DNA of 64,000 nt, from contig JAQRMX010000004.1 of NCBI GenBank assembly GCA_028599125.1, positions 891-64,890 of the forward strand. The letters run 5' to 3'. Numbering within the stretch: position 1 is the stretch's first letter; the number at the start of each line of letters is the position of its first letter. The stretch is from Alphaproteobacteria bacterium (GTDB lineage: Bacteria; Pseudomonadota; Alphaproteobacteria; Rhizobiales; NORP267). The notes below the pieces were generated by a model that saw only the letters and a list, made by a program, of their open reading frames with translations, made no database searches and had not been told where the DNA came from. A program made the position numbers and the translations under genes. Below, piece by piece: positions 21,850 to 31,917 of the stretch.

Positions 21850-22836
21850 ATGAAATATGGGAAAAATGAAAAACTGGTGACCATTTTCGGGGGGTCTGGT
21901 TTTGTGGGCCGTCATCTGGTGCAACGTCTTGCACATCAGGGCTATCGCATTCGCGTTGCGGTGCGGCGGCCAGAGCTAGCAAATTATTTGCGCCCGCTGG
22001 GGAATGTCGGACAAATTCACCCTCTTCATGCCAATATCCGGGATCCCTGCTCTGTTGCACGGGCCATTGAGGGTACCGATGTTGTGATCAATCTCGCGGC
22101 TATTCTTTTTGAAAAAGGCCCCCAGACATTTAAAGCCATTCACCATCATGCCGCCTGCAGAATCGCTCAGGCAACACTTGATGCCGGGATCACGCAACTC
22201 ATACATATCTCTGCCCTTGGTGCCGAAAGCACTTCTCCGTCTCTCTATGCCCGAAGCAAAGCCGCCGGAGAGAAAGAAATACTGCATTTCTTCCCTGAAG
22301 CCATCATTTTCCGTCCTTCCCTTGTTTTTGGCCCGGAAGATCAAGTCTTTAACCGTTTCGCTATCCTGGCACGTCTCTTACCCTTCTTGCCTCTCATCGG
22401 TTCGAAAACCCGCTTTCAGCCTGTCTTCGTCAGCGATTTTACCAAAGCCATCGCCCGCGCCATTGAGGAAAAAACAAACACCGGAATAATTTATGAGATC
22501 GGGGGACCAGAGGTTCTGACATTACGGGAACTAGTGGAAAAAACCCTTTCCGTTATACAAAGACGCTGCCTCATTCTTGAGATCCCCTTTCCCCTCGCAA
22601 AGCTTTTGGCCGTCTTTTTCCAGCTCTTGCCACGACCATTGTTCACACTTGATCAGATCCACTTGCTCAAACAGGACAATATCGTCTCGGAAACGGCTAT
22701 AAAACAAGGCAAAACCCTTGAAGGGCTGGGAATAAAACCATGTGGAATGGAAACGATACTGCCCTCTTATCTGACCCGGTTTCGCCGCACAGGACAATTT
22801 GAACCGCCACAAAACATGGAAAAAAAGGATATCTGA
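21850..22836 (+). CDS. NAD(P)H-binding complex I NDUFA9-like / NAD-dependent epimerase family protein
   Basis: 'VTIFGGSGFVGRHLVQRL' Rossmann motif, 'YARSKAAGE' (YxxxK), 'RPSLVFGPEDQVFNRFA'. The ORF-track N-terminus (from 21463) runs through tRNA-Leu and is spurious. The true start is one of ATG 21763/21817/21829/21850. Confidence 0.85.
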   Translation: MKYGKNEKLVTIFGGSGFVGRHLVQRLAHQGYRIRVAVRRPELANYLRPLGNVGQIHPLHANIRDPCSVARAIEGTDVVINLAAILFEKGPQTFKAIHHHAACRIAQATLDAGITQLIHISALGAESTSPSLYARSKAAGEKEILHFFPEAIIFRPSLVFGPEDQVFNRFAILARLLPFLPLIGSKTRFQPVFVSDFTKAIARAIEEKTNTGIIYEIGGPEVLTLRELVEKTLSVIQRRCLILEIPFPLAKLLAVFFQLLPRPLFTLDQIHLLKQDNIVSETAIKQGKTLEGLGIKPCGMETILPSYLTRFRRTGQFEPPQNMEKKDI

Positions 22837-22843
22837 AGAGATA

Positions 22844-23551
22844 ATGGTTAACGTTCCCTACACTCTCTATCACTATCCTCTCTGCCCCTTCTCACGCATT
22901 ATCCGGCTGGCACTCTCTATCTATAAAATCGAAGTCAAAATGGTCCAGGAGCGCACCTGGGAGCGGCGCGCTGATTTTCTCAAAATGAACCCCGGCGGAA
23001 CTATCCCCCTTCTCATCCATGAAAAAACAGGATTGGCCATTCCTGGTACAAATGTCATCATTGAGTATCTTGAGGAAATACATTCTTCCCACGGAAAACA
23101 AAATTCCCTGATGTTCAGGGGCATCCCTGAACGAGTTGAAGTCCGCCGCCTAGTCTGCTGGTTCAATGAAAAATTCAATGATGAGGTCACACGCAATCTC
23201 ATTGGAGAAAAAATATACCGCCGTTTCATGGCCAAAAAACTCGGAGGAGGCCCACCGGACGGATTAGCTGTACGGACCGGGATTGCCAATGCACGCATAC
23301 ATGTCCGCTATATAGGCTATCTCATACGCCGGAGAAAATGGCTTGCGGGACAGGCTCTCAGCTACGCGGATCTAGCGGCAGCAGCCCATTTATCCTGTAT
23401 TGATTATCTTGGGCACGTACCATGGAATGAGGATGAAGACGCGAAAACATGGTATGCGCGCATCAAATCCCATCCAGTATTCAGACCTCTCCTCAGCGAC
23501 CGGATCATGGGAATACAACCGCCCGAAGCCTATAGTGACCTGGATTTCTAA
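22844..23551 (+). CDS. Glutathione S-transferase family protein
   Basis: 'YTLYHYPLCPFSRIIRLAL' thioredoxin-like N-domain, 'GTIPLL', C-terminal helical domain with 'LSYADLAAAAHL'. ATG 22844 lies just after the upstream stop (22834-22836). Confidence 0.8.
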   Translation: MVNVPYTLYHYPLCPFSRIIRLALSIYKIEVKMVQERTWERRADFLKMNPGGTIPLLIHEKTGLAIPGTNVIIEYLEEIHSSHGKQNSLMFRGIPERVEVRRLVCWFNEKFNDEVTRNLIGEKIYRRFMAKKLGGGPPDGLAVRTGIANARIHVRYIGYLIRRRKWLAGQALSYADLAAAAHLSCIDYLGHVPWNEDEDAKTWYARIKSHPVFRPLLSDRIMGIQPPEAYSDLDF

Positions 23552-23563
23552 ACAGCGCATGAC

Positions 23564-24679
23564 ATGACAGTTTGCATCAAGGAACAAATCCGTCAATCCG
23601 CAAAAGCAGAGGGGATCGACGGCATAGCGTTTACAACTCCGACCTCCATTTCCCAAGCCGGAGACAAGCTCGCGGAAGCCTTGCGCCAGAACTATCACGG
23701 AAGCATGAGCTGGCTCTCTGAAACCGCAGATCGACGCAGAAATCCCTTGGCACTGTGGAGCGAGACAAAAACAGTCATCATGTGCAATATCAATTATGGG
23801 CCAGAAGAAAATCCTCTCTCATCCTCCTGCAACCCCTTATGTGGAAACATTTCCGTATATGCACGCCACAGTGATTATCATGATCTGTTCAAGGGAAAGC
23901 TCAAACAGCTGGCCCGGCAGGTTTTAAAATTGATAGGAGGCGATATAAAAATCTTCGTCGACACAGCACCGGTCATGGAAAAACCACTCGCCGCTGCCGC
24001 AGGATTGGGATGGCAGGGAAAACATACAAACCTCGTTTCCCGTCGCTTTGGCAGCTGGACATTTCTCGGGGCCATCTTTACTTCGGCTGTCATTGAGCCC
24101 GATCCGCCTGAAAAAAACCATTGCGGCTCCTGCCGCGCCTGCCTTTCCATTTGTCCTACAAATGCCTTTCCAGCCCCCTACATCCTAGATGCGCGGCGCT
24201 GTATCGCCTATCTGACAATTGAGTATAAAGGAGTCATAGAACCTGCATTGCGACCCGCAATAGGAAATCGGATCTATGGATGCGATGATTGTCTCGCCGT
24301 TTGCCCATGGAATAAATTCGCACAGCCCACAAGGGAAGCAAAATTGCGCGCAAGGGAGGATCTGGTTTCCCCGTCTCTGGCCGTTCTTGCCGATCTGGAT
24401 GATACACGCTTTAGAACAACTTTCTCCAGGTCACCGATCAAACGCATTGGACGCAACTGTTTCATACGCAATGTCCTTATCGCTATCGGCAATAGCGCGG
24501 ACCACAGTCTGGCCCGCATTGCTGAATGCCTCACAAGAGATGATTCGTCTTTGGTCAGGGGAATGGCTATATGGGCCATGAAACGCTTGGTGCCCACAGA
24601 TTATTTTGACGCAGTGCGGCAAAAACAGGCTCATAAAGAAACTCATCCAGACGTTCTAAGAGAATGGGACCAGAAATGA
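23564..24679 (+). CDS. queG: tRNA epoxyqueuosine(34) reductase
   Basis: Two 4Fe-4S motifs 'CGSCRACLSICPTNAF' and 'CDDCLAVCPWNKF', plus a HEAT-like C-terminus. Confidence 0.92.
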   Translation: MTVCIKEQIRQSAKAEGIDGIAFTTPTSISQAGDKLAEALRQNYHGSMSWLSETADRRRNPLALWSETKTVIMCNINYGPEENPLSSSCNPLCGNISVYARHSDYHDLFKGKLKQLARQVLKLIGGDIKIFVDTAPVMEKPLAAAAGLGWQGKHTNLVSRRFGSWTFLGAIFTSAVIEPDPPEKNHCGSCRACLSICPTNAFPAPYILDARRCIAYLTIEYKGVIEPALRPAIGNRIYGCDDCLAVCPWNKFAQPTREAKLRAREDLVSPSLAVLADLDDTRFRTTFSRSPIKRIGRNCFIRNVLIAIGNSADHSLARIAECLTRDDSSLVRGMAIWAMKRLVPTDYFDAVRQKQAHKETHPDVLREWDQK

Positions 24680-24690
24680 AAAACAGGACC

Positions 24691-25608
24691 ATGCAGAAAA
24701 ATGAGAAATCAAAGCTATTCTGTTTCGGCTTCGGGAAAGTGGGAACCATGCTGAGCTGCCGGATGCAGGAAGAGAAATGGCAGGTCACAGGAACAAACCG
24801 TGAACGCAGAACAGGATCCGAACAATCCGCCCCGGAGATAACGCATCTCATCTTTGACGGGAAGACATACGCAAAAGACATAAGCCATGCCCTAGAGATG
24901 ACAACTCATCTCCTTCAGTCCATTCCCCCCGGCAAAGAAGGCGACCCGGCTCTTCACCTCCACAAAAGAGATATCACCCGTGCCAGAAATCTTCACTGGA
25001 TCGGCTATCTCTCGACAATCGGCGTTTATGGAGATCATGAAGGGGCCTGGATTGATGAAGAAACACCGCCTGCACCGGAAACAGAACGGGGACGCTGGCG
25101 CCTCAGGGCAGAACAGGAATGGATAGAGTGCGCTGCAGATATGAACGTATCACTTTCTATCTTTCGACTCGCCGGCATTTATGGACCCCACAATAATGCG
25201 CTCCTGCGCCTGCGGGAAGGAAGGGCACACAGAATCATAAAACCAGGGCAGGTTTTCAACCGGATCCACATCAAGGATATCGTTTCGGTCATCGCAGCCT
25301 CGATAGAAAGGCCTCCCTGCAAAAACAGAATTTACAATGTTTGTGATGATGAGCCAGCGCCACCTCAAGAGGTCATTACCTTTGCAGCGCAACTTATGGG
25401 GGTGGCCCCGCCAGAAAAAATTCCCTTTGAACAGTCAAAACTCACGAAAATGGAAAGAGGTTTCTATGCAGCAAACAAACGTTGCAAAAATGAACGAATC
25501 AAAAAAGAACTCGCCGTCACTCTCGCTTATCCAGACTACCGAACAGGTCTTCAGGCTCTCTGCACCGAAGAAAAAGAGAGAAAGATCAAAACCTGTACTG
25601 TCACTTGA
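24691..25608 (+). CDS. SDR-family NAD(P)-binding oxidoreductase/epimerase-like protein
   Basis: 'LFCFGFGKVGTML' GxGxxG, 'YLSTIGVYGD', 'RLAGIYGP'. Start is ambiguous (ATG 24664/24676/24691); it overlaps the queG 3' end. Confidence 0.75.
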   Translation: MQKNEKSKLFCFGFGKVGTMLSCRMQEEKWQVTGTNRERRTGSEQSAPEITHLIFDGKTYAKDISHALEMTTHLLQSIPPGKEGDPALHLHKRDITRARNLHWIGYLSTIGVYGDHEGAWIDEETPPAPETERGRWRLRAEQEWIECAADMNVSLSIFRLAGIYGPHNNALLRLREGRAHRIIKPGQVFNRIHIKDIVSVIAASIERPPCKNRIYNVCDDEPAPPQEVITFAAQLMGVAPPEKIPFEQSKLTKMERGFYAANKRCKNERIKKELAVTLAYPDYRTGLQALCTEEKERKIKTCTVT

Positions 25609-25869
25609 TCCAGAACTCCCGATAACACTTCCCGGCAGGAAGATTAAAGCGCGTATTCCGCAATAAAATGTCTCCTGTCTCCCTCTTTTCCCTATCAACG
25701 CTTGATTAGATTCTTAAAACAAGGCAAAATTCACTCTAAGAGTTTCAGAATTATCCCGGCATTTACCGTTTCTGGATTTTGCCGTGTCACACTGAGAACA
25801 GAAAATCAATTGCCCCTTGGATGCCCTGCGTTCAGTTTATCCATGGTACGAGATAAAAGGAGACTAGAC

Positions 25870-26475
25870 ATAACCAGACGTTCATTCACTCCGGCTGCCC
25901 CAGTACGTGATGGGTTACGGGCTAATGGAGAAATTGTCGCACCCGTTGTTCATTTGATTGACGCAGAAGGCGTGAATCATGGAAATATAAATATCAAAGA
26001 CGCCTTGCAGATGGCGACAGAGAGCGATCTTGACCTGATTGAAATTTCTCCAAACGCAAACCCGCCCGTCTGCAAAATACTAGATCACGGAAAATACAAG
26101 TATCACGCACAGAAAAAGGCCTCTGAGACCAGAAAAAAACAGAAAGTCATCGAGATCAAGGAGATCAAGATGAGGCCTAATATTGATTCGCATGATTATG
26201 ATGTAAAAATACGCTCAGCTCAGCGTTTTTTTCAGGACGGTGATAGAGTCAAAATCAGTTTGCGCTTTCGTGGACGTGAAATGGCGCATCCTGAACGGGG
26301 AGTGGCACTATTGGAAAAAATACGTGAGCAACTTAGCGAGGTTGCAAAATCCGAAACAGACCCTCGTCTTGAGGGGCGGCAAATGATTATGATCATGGTA
26401 CCCCGCACCATTGAGTCTCCGAAACCAGGGGCCCGGAATGTAAATGAAGAGGCAGGAACCGAAAAGCAGGAGTGA
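25870..26475 (+). CDS. infC: Translation initiation factor IF-3, probable non-canonical ATA start
   Basis: '[18 protein letters not shown]', '[26 protein letters not shown]', '[15 protein letters not shown]', '[12 protein letters not shown]', '[11 protein letters not shown]'. AAGGAG (25857-25862) sits 7 nt before in-frame ATA 25870. ATG 25843 and the ORF-track start 25702 have no SD and give an over-long N-terminus. Confidence 0.9.
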   Translation: MTRRSFTPAAPVRDGLRANGEIVAPVVHLIDAEGVNHGNINIKDALQMATESDLDLIEISPNANPPVCKILDHGKYKYHAQKKASETRKKQKVIEIKEIKMRPNIDSHDYDVKIRSAQRFFQDGDRVKISLRFRGREMAHPERGVALLEKIREQLSEVAKSETDPRLEGRQMIMIMVPRTIESPKPGARNVNEEAGTEKQE

Positions 26476-26655
26476 CTTCATATGCCTCTTCCGTCAGTCA
26501 TAGTCTACAGCAGTAAAAAGTGAAAAATAAAATAAAAAGACGCGAAAGATAAAAAGGAAGGGAGCGTATAAAAAATCATGAGAAAAGACTTGATCTCCCT
26601 CTTCAGGGCCTGACTTTCCAGATTCCGGAAAAGTCAGCCGTTGAAAGAACCGTGC

Positions 26656-26685
26656 TTGACCCCTGCTGGAACATAGGACTATAAA
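26656..26685 (+). promoter_or_regulatory. Sigma-70-like promoter candidate for rpmI-rplT (TTGACC-N18-TATAAA)
   Basis: TTGACC at 26656-26661 and TATAAA at 26680-26685, about 125 bp upstream of the rpmI ATG. Sequence match only. Confidence 0.4.
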
Positions 26686-26712
26686 AGATTCTGGTTCTGC
26701 CCTCTCCGCAGA

Positions 26713-26735
26713 TTCGGGAAAAATAAATTCCCGAA
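26713..26735 (+). promoter_or_regulatory. Perfect 8-bp stem hairpin in the rpmI leader (TTCGGGAA-aaataaa-TTCCCGAA)
   Basis: Read directly. It lies between the candidate promoter and the rpmI start (26809). It may be an L20/L35 autoregulatory or stabilising element. Confidence 0.4.
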
Positions 26736-26808
26736 GACCGTACTTTCATACAGGAAGAATGAAAGGAACGATGAGGGAAAAAAGGTAAAAAAGTGAAGAG
26801 GGAAGCCG

Positions 26809-27003
26809 ATGCCAAAACTTAAAAGCAAAAGCAGCGTCAAAAAGCGCTTCAAACTCTCCTCGACAGGAAAGGTTCTCGCGCCTCAGGCTAACAAGCGTCA
26901 TGGCATGATTAAGCGTACAAACAAGCAGCGCCGGAACCAGCGCGGTCTTGCGACACTCTCCCCGCAGGATGCCCGAATCATCAGAAAATTCTTGTGTGCC
27001 TAA
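26809..27003 (+). CDS. rpmI: 50S ribosomal protein L35
   Basis: '[31 protein letters not shown]' is the canonical L35; lies between infC and rplT. Confidence 0.95.
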   Translation: MPKLKSKSSVKKRFKLSSTGKVLAPQANKRHGMIKRTNKQRRNQRGLATLSPQDARIIRKFLCA

Positions 27004-27089
27004 AGATAAAGCTGAAAATAAAGGCAAGAAAAAATAGACTTAAGGGTATAAAAATGTTAGAGGCGGTTGTTATCTAATGGAGAATTATC

Positions 27090-27446
27090 ATGTCACGAGT
27101 GAAACGAGGTACAACTGCTCACGCCCGTCATAAGAAAATTATCAAGAGCGCAAAAGGTTATTATGGCCGCCGCAAGAATGTTTATCGTGTGGCAATTCAA
27201 GCTGTTGAGAAAGCCGCTCAATACGCTTACCGTGACAGGCGTGTCCGTAAAAGAGATTTTCGTTCCCTCTGGATTCAGCGTATCAATGCTGCCACGCGTC
27301 TCCACGGTATGACATATGGATGTTTCATAAACGGTCTCACAAAGGCCGGTGTTGAGGTTAATCGTAAAATCCTTTCAGATATTGCCGTTCGTGAGCCTGT
27401 CGTTTTCAAGTCTCTGGTTGACAAGGCAGCTTCTGTTCTTGTTTGA
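27090..27446 (+). CDS. rplT: 50S ribosomal protein L20
   Basis: '[30 protein letters not shown]', '[24 protein letters not shown]'. Confidence 0.97.
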   Translation: MSRVKRGTTAHARHKKIIKSAKGYYGRRKNVYRVAIQAVEKAAQYAYRDRRVRKRDFRSLWIQRINAATRLHGMTYGCFINGLTKAGVEVNRKILSDIAVREPVVFKSLVDKAASVLV

Positions 27447-27799
27447 CGTCCTTTCATGAAAGGAACAAAAGACAAGCAGGAAACAGAAAAATGGCTCGGA
27501 AATTGAGAAAAATTTCTTGGAGGAACTCTTCCTTTGCCTCTCCTTTTTTCTTCATCCGGATCTTCATAAAATTACCAGAAAGAACAAGGAGTTTTCTTCG
27601 ATAGTCAGTTCAATTTCTTGCCCGAACATCCCCCTGATACGTTCGCTTGTTCCGTTTTTCTCTCTCGGAACGGCACCTCGGAACCCCGAAAATCAAAAGC
27701 AGAAAAAATAAAGAAAGCAGGGATATAAAATGCTAAAAAGCACCGGACAAAAGGAAAAAATGAGGGTAATAAAAAGCACCGGATCCGAATGAGACGACA

Positions 27800-28882
27800 A
27801 TGGCGGAATGGGAGCAGTTAGAATCTGAAATCAGTCAGGCCATCGCCAATGCCAGGGATGAGTCGGAGCTTGAGTCCGTGCGTGTGGCGGTCTTAGGCAA
27901 AAAGGGCAAAATTACAGCCCTGCTCAAAGACATCCCAAATATGAGCCCCGAAAAACGCCAGATGGAAGGTGCAGAGCTCAACAAACTCCGTAATAAGCTG
28001 ACAGAAAATATCATAAAGCGGCGCGCTGCCTTCAAAGCCGCTTTTATGCAGGATCGGCTTGCCGAAGAATATGTCGATGTGACTTTGCCAACCAGAAAAG
28101 GACCTCTGGAAAACGGACAGATTCATCCGGTAAGCCGGGTCATGGAGGAGGTTACCGCTATCTTCATGGATCTGGGATTTGAAGTCGTTGAAGGAAGTGA
28201 CATAGAAACAGAATTTTACAATTTCACCGCGCTCAATTTTCCTGTAGGGCATCCGGCGCGCGAAATGCATGATACTTTCTTCCTCCAGCCTGATAAAGCC
28301 GGTGAACGCAAATTACTTCGCACGCACACCTCACCTGTACAAATCCATACAATGAAAACCCGCCCTCCTCCTTTGCGTATTATCGCCCCCGGAAGGACCT
28401 ATCGTTGCGATTCCGATCAGACCCATACGCCCATGTTTCATCAACTGGAAGGGCTTGTTCTTGATAAGAGCAGCCATCTTGGCCACATGAAATGGGTGCT
28501 TGGAGAATTTTGTAAGGTGTTTTTTGAAAATAAAGATATCAGAATACGCTTTCGTCCAAGCTTCTTCCCCTTTACAGAACCTTCAATGGAAGTTGATATT
28601 TGTTGCACACACAGTGCCCAACAAATCCGTTGTGGGGAGGGAAATGAGTGGCTTGAAATCTTGGGTTGTGGTATGGTTCATCCCAATGTTCTCAGGAATT
28701 GCGCCCTTGATCCACAGAAATATCAGGGGTTTGCGTGGGGAATGGGTATTGACAGACTCGCCATGCTCAAATATGGCATGCCCGATCTGCGGGCTTTCTT
28801 TGAAGCCGATATCCATTGGCTTGGTCATTACGGATTTCATCCCCTTGACGTCGCAGGGTTCACAGGGAGAAACCAAAAATGA
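27800..28882 (+). CDS. pheS: Phenylalanine--tRNA ligase subunit alpha
   Basis: '[11 protein letters not shown]', '[11 protein letters not shown]', '[21 protein letters not shown]', 'FPFTEPS', '[14 protein letters not shown]'. ATGA overlap with pheT. Confidence 0.97.
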   Translation: MAEWEQLESEISQAIANARDESELESVRVAVLGKKGKITALLKDIPNMSPEKRQMEGAELNKLRNKLTENIIKRRAAFKAAFMQDRLAEEYVDVTLPTRKGPLENGQIHPVSRVMEEVTAIFMDLGFEVVEGSDIETEFYNFTALNFPVGHPAREMHDTFFLQPDKAGERKLLRTHTSPVQIHTMKTRPPPLRIIAPGRTYRCDSDQTHTPMFHQLEGLVLDKSSHLGHMKWVLGEFCKVFFENKDIRIRFRPSFFPFTEPSMEVDICCTHSAQQIRCGEGNEWLEILGCGMVHPNVLRNCALDPQKYQGFAWGMGIDRLAMLKYGMPDLRAFFEADIHWLGHYGFHPLDVAGFTGRNQK

Positions 28883-31320
28883 AAGTGCCCCTCTCCTGGT
28901 TAAAAGACCATCTTGAAACCACTGCCAGCCTTACAGACATCAGTGAGCAATTAACAAATATTGGTCTTGAAGTTGAAGAAATCAACGATCCTCTTCAGCA
29001 TTTCGCTCCTTTCAAGGTCGTTCTGATTGAAAAATCTGATCCTCATCCCAATGCCGATCGTTTGCGTATTTGTCATCTTGATACCGGAGACGAAAAAATC
29101 TCCGTCGTCTGTGGAGCCCCCAACGCACGCGCCGGACTTAAGGCCGTTTTTGCTCCGACGGGAACAACGATTCCGGGAACAGGTGCAAAGCTTAAAGGAA
29201 CGGTGATCCGCGGCATCCCCTCCAATGGAATGCTGCTCTCCGAGAATGAAATGGGATTATCCGCTAAAGCAGGGTGCCTCATGGAATTTCCTAAGACAAC
29301 AGAAGTGGGGCTCCCATTTGCACGCGCAGCAGGACTTGACGACCCGATAATAACCATCGCCGTCCCAGCGAACCGCGGTGATTGCTTCGGTATCCACGGT
29401 ATTGCTCGCGAACTAGCCGCAACAGGCATTGGAAAACTCAAGAATAAAAAAATTACCCCTCTTAAAGGTAAAATGCTAACCCCTGTGAAAGTGAAAATCA
29501 GCACCGGTATGCCCCCTCATCTATGTCCCGTCTTTGCTCTCCGTCTCGTTACAGGGATCAAGAATGACCCTTCACCGGCATGGCTCCGGAAACGTTTACA
29601 GGCCATAGGGCTTCGTCCCGTTAACAGTGTTGTTGATGTCACAAATTTCATGACTTTTGACCAAAATCGGCCTCTACATGTCTTTGATGCCCATAAAATC
29701 AAAGGAAATCTCACTATACGTCTGGCAGAAAAAGGAGAAAAAATAAAGGCGCTGAACAAGAAAGACTACACTCTGGAACCTGATATGATCGCTATTGCAG
29801 ATGAAGAGGGGATTATCTCCATTGCAGGAATTATAGGGAGCGAACGAACAGGATGTGACGAGGCAACAAAGGAATTACTCATTGAGTCCGCCTTGTGGGA
29901 CCCCCTTCACATCGCACGAACAGGACGACGCCTTGCGATTCAATCTGACGCCCGCCATCGCTTTGAGAGAGGCCTAGATCCTGCTTTCGTCATACCGGGA
30001 ATGGAGATGGCCACGCAGATGATCCTTGATCTTTCCGGTGGACAGAATGACGAAATGCTCATAAGCGGAACGGTTCCTAAAAATGAAAAAATCATCCATT
30101 TCATGCCGGAGACTCTTAAAAAAATGTCTGGAATTCATATCAGGGATACTGAAATAAAGGTGAGCCTCCAAAGACTTGGCTTTTGTATCAGTGGATTTGG
30201 AGGCAATGCAGGTTTCAGGGTCGCTATACCCTCATGGCGGGGAGACATTTATGAACAGGCCGATCTAGTTGAAGAAGTTCTGCGCATCACAGGGGTGAAC
30301 AAGATCCTCCCTGTCCCGATGACCCGCCCCAGCCTCATTGAAAGACCTGCTCTTCTTCCTGCTGTCTCACATCGTCATGTTGCCCGCCGTATAATCGCTT
30401 CCAGAGGAATGGCAGAGGCCATGACATGGGCCTTCATCAGCGCGAAACACGCAACCTGTTTCGGAGGAGGACAACGAGAGGTTGAAATCTCTAATCCAGT
30501 CTCCACTGCCATGTCTCATATGAGGCCAAGCCTTTTGCCGGGCCTCATTCTTGCTACACAACGAAATGCAGACCGCGGAAAACAAGATTTTGCCCTCTTT
30601 GAAATCGGGGCGACCTACCATGGAAACACAGACAGGGAACAGATATCCACAGCTGCAGGTATCCGGAGAGGAATCAGTCATTTAAACGGACAGGGGCGCC
30701 ATTGGTCCGAAAAAACAGCCCCTACAAACGTTCTTGATGCAAAAGCTGATGCTATGGCTGTGCTTACAGCTATGAAAATTGATCGTAACGCAATCCAGGT
30801 AACATATCCCGCACCGGAATGGTTTCATCCGGGGCGATCAGGAACCTTACGGCTGGGACCCAGGATCATTTTGGCTCATTTTGGAGAATTTCACCCGGAA
30901 ATATATCAACACCTCAATGTAGAAGGAAATCTAGCTGGCTTTGAGATTTTTCTTGATGCGATACCGCCCCCTCGGTCAGGGACGCGAACAGCAAAATCTC
31001 CTCTTGTGCCCTGTGATTTACAGCCTGTACGGCGTGATTTTGCTTTCATCATTGACGGGAATGTCAAAGCAGTAGACCTTATCCACGCCGCAAAACAAGC
31101 CGACAAGGAGCTGATCGTTGACGTCACGCTCTTTGATTTTTTCACAGGAGGACAGCTCAGCAAAGGAAAAAAATCACTTGCCATTGAAGTCCTTCTACAA
31201 CCTAAAAAGAAGACCATGACTGAGGAGGAAATTGATTCAATTTCCAGAAAGATCGTGTCACAGGTCAGGGACGCAACAGGAGGAATTTTGAGAGACGAGG
31301 AAACACGGAAAGAAAAGTAG
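28879..31320 (+). CDS. pheT: Phenylalanine--tRNA ligase subunit beta
   Basis: '[12 protein letters not shown]' N-terminus, tRNA-binding domain '[16 protein letters not shown]', B3/4 and B5 domains, FDX-ACB C-terminus 'RDFAFI..LFDFF'. Confidence 0.96.
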   Translation: MKVPLSWLKDHLETTASLTDISEQLTNIGLEVEEINDPLQHFAPFKVVLIEKSDPHPNADRLRICHLDTGDEKISVVCGAPNARAGLKAVFAPTGTTIPGTGAKLKGTVIRGIPSNGMLLSENEMGLSAKAGCLMEFPKTTEVGLPFARAAGLDDPIITIAVPANRGDCFGIHGIARELAATGIGKLKNKKITPLKGKMLTPVKVKISTGMPPHLCPVFALRLVTGIKNDPSPAWLRKRLQAIGLRPVNSVVDVTNFMTFDQNRPLHVFDAHKIKGNLTIRLAEKGEKIKALNKKDYTLEPDMIAIADEEGIISIAGIIGSERTGCDEATKELLIESALWDPLHIARTGRRLAIQSDARHRFERGLDPAFVIPGMEMATQMILDLSGGQNDEMLISGTVPKNEKIIHFMPETLKKMSGIHIRDTEIKVSLQRLGFCISGFGGNAGFRVAIPSWRGDIYEQADLVEEVLRITGVNKILPVPMTRPSLIERPALLPAVSHRHVARRIIASRGMAEAMTWAFISAKHATCFGGGQREVEISNPVSTAMSHMRPSLLPGLILATQRNADRGKQDFALFEIGATYHGNTDREQISTAAGIRRGISHLNGQGRHWSEKTAPTNVLDAKADAMAVLTAMKIDRNAIQVTYPAPEWFHPGRSGTLRLGPRIILAHFGEFHPEIYQHLNVEGNLAGFEIFLDAIPPPRSGTRTAKSPLVPCDLQPVRRDFAFIIDGNVKAVDLIHAAKQADKELIVDVTLFDFFTGGQLSKGKKSLAIEVLLQPKKKTMTEEEIDSISRKIVSQVRDATGGILRDEETRKEK

Positions 31321-31459
31321 CCATGAGGGCGGGAAAAGAAAAGGACACGGTATAAAGTCACATTGCCGCCCACTATGGCAATAGCCGCGCAGCACCCCCT
31401 TCACCATCAGACACCGAATAAGATTAAAACAGGCCAGAAAATCAGAACAAAATCAGAAA

Positions 31460-31795
31460 TCAGACTGAAGTCGACTGCTTCAACCACTCCGTAAGACGGC
31501 TTGCAGGCAACACCCCGGAGCGCATGTCAACCATCTTTCCGTCCTTGAAAAGGATGAGCGTCGGCAGGCTCTTCACACCATATTCCGTAGAAAGCTCGGG
31601 ATTCTCATCAACATCAATCTTGACAATCTTGAACCCAAGACTCGTATCTTCTGCAATTTGTTCAAGAGTTCCCATAAGCATCCGGCAAGGAGCACACCAA
31701 CTGGCCCAGAAATCAACCAGAACAGGCCCCTCCGCAAGAAGAACCTCTTTCTTAAACGATGCTTCTGTTACAACGATCAAACTCATTGCGGACAC
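31460..31795 (-). CDS. trxA: Thioredoxin
   Basis: 'VLVDFWASWCAPCRML' contains the WCxPC active site. 111 aa, 'PTLILFKDGK'. Confidence 0.95.
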   Translation of the reverse strand: MSAMSLIVVTEASFKKEVLLAEGPVLVDFWASWCAPCRMLMGTLEQIAEDTSLGFKIVKIDVDENPELSTEYGVKSLPTLILFKDGKMVDMRSGVLPASRLTEWLKQSTSV

Positions 31796-31917
31796 TCCCC
31801 TTTGTTGCCGATCACCAACGCTAATGCGCTCTACATCCTATCTCATTCAGAGAAAAAATTAAATCAGCTTTTTTTAGCTGCCTTTCCAAAACATCTCCTC
31901 TCCCCCAAAAGGAACCC

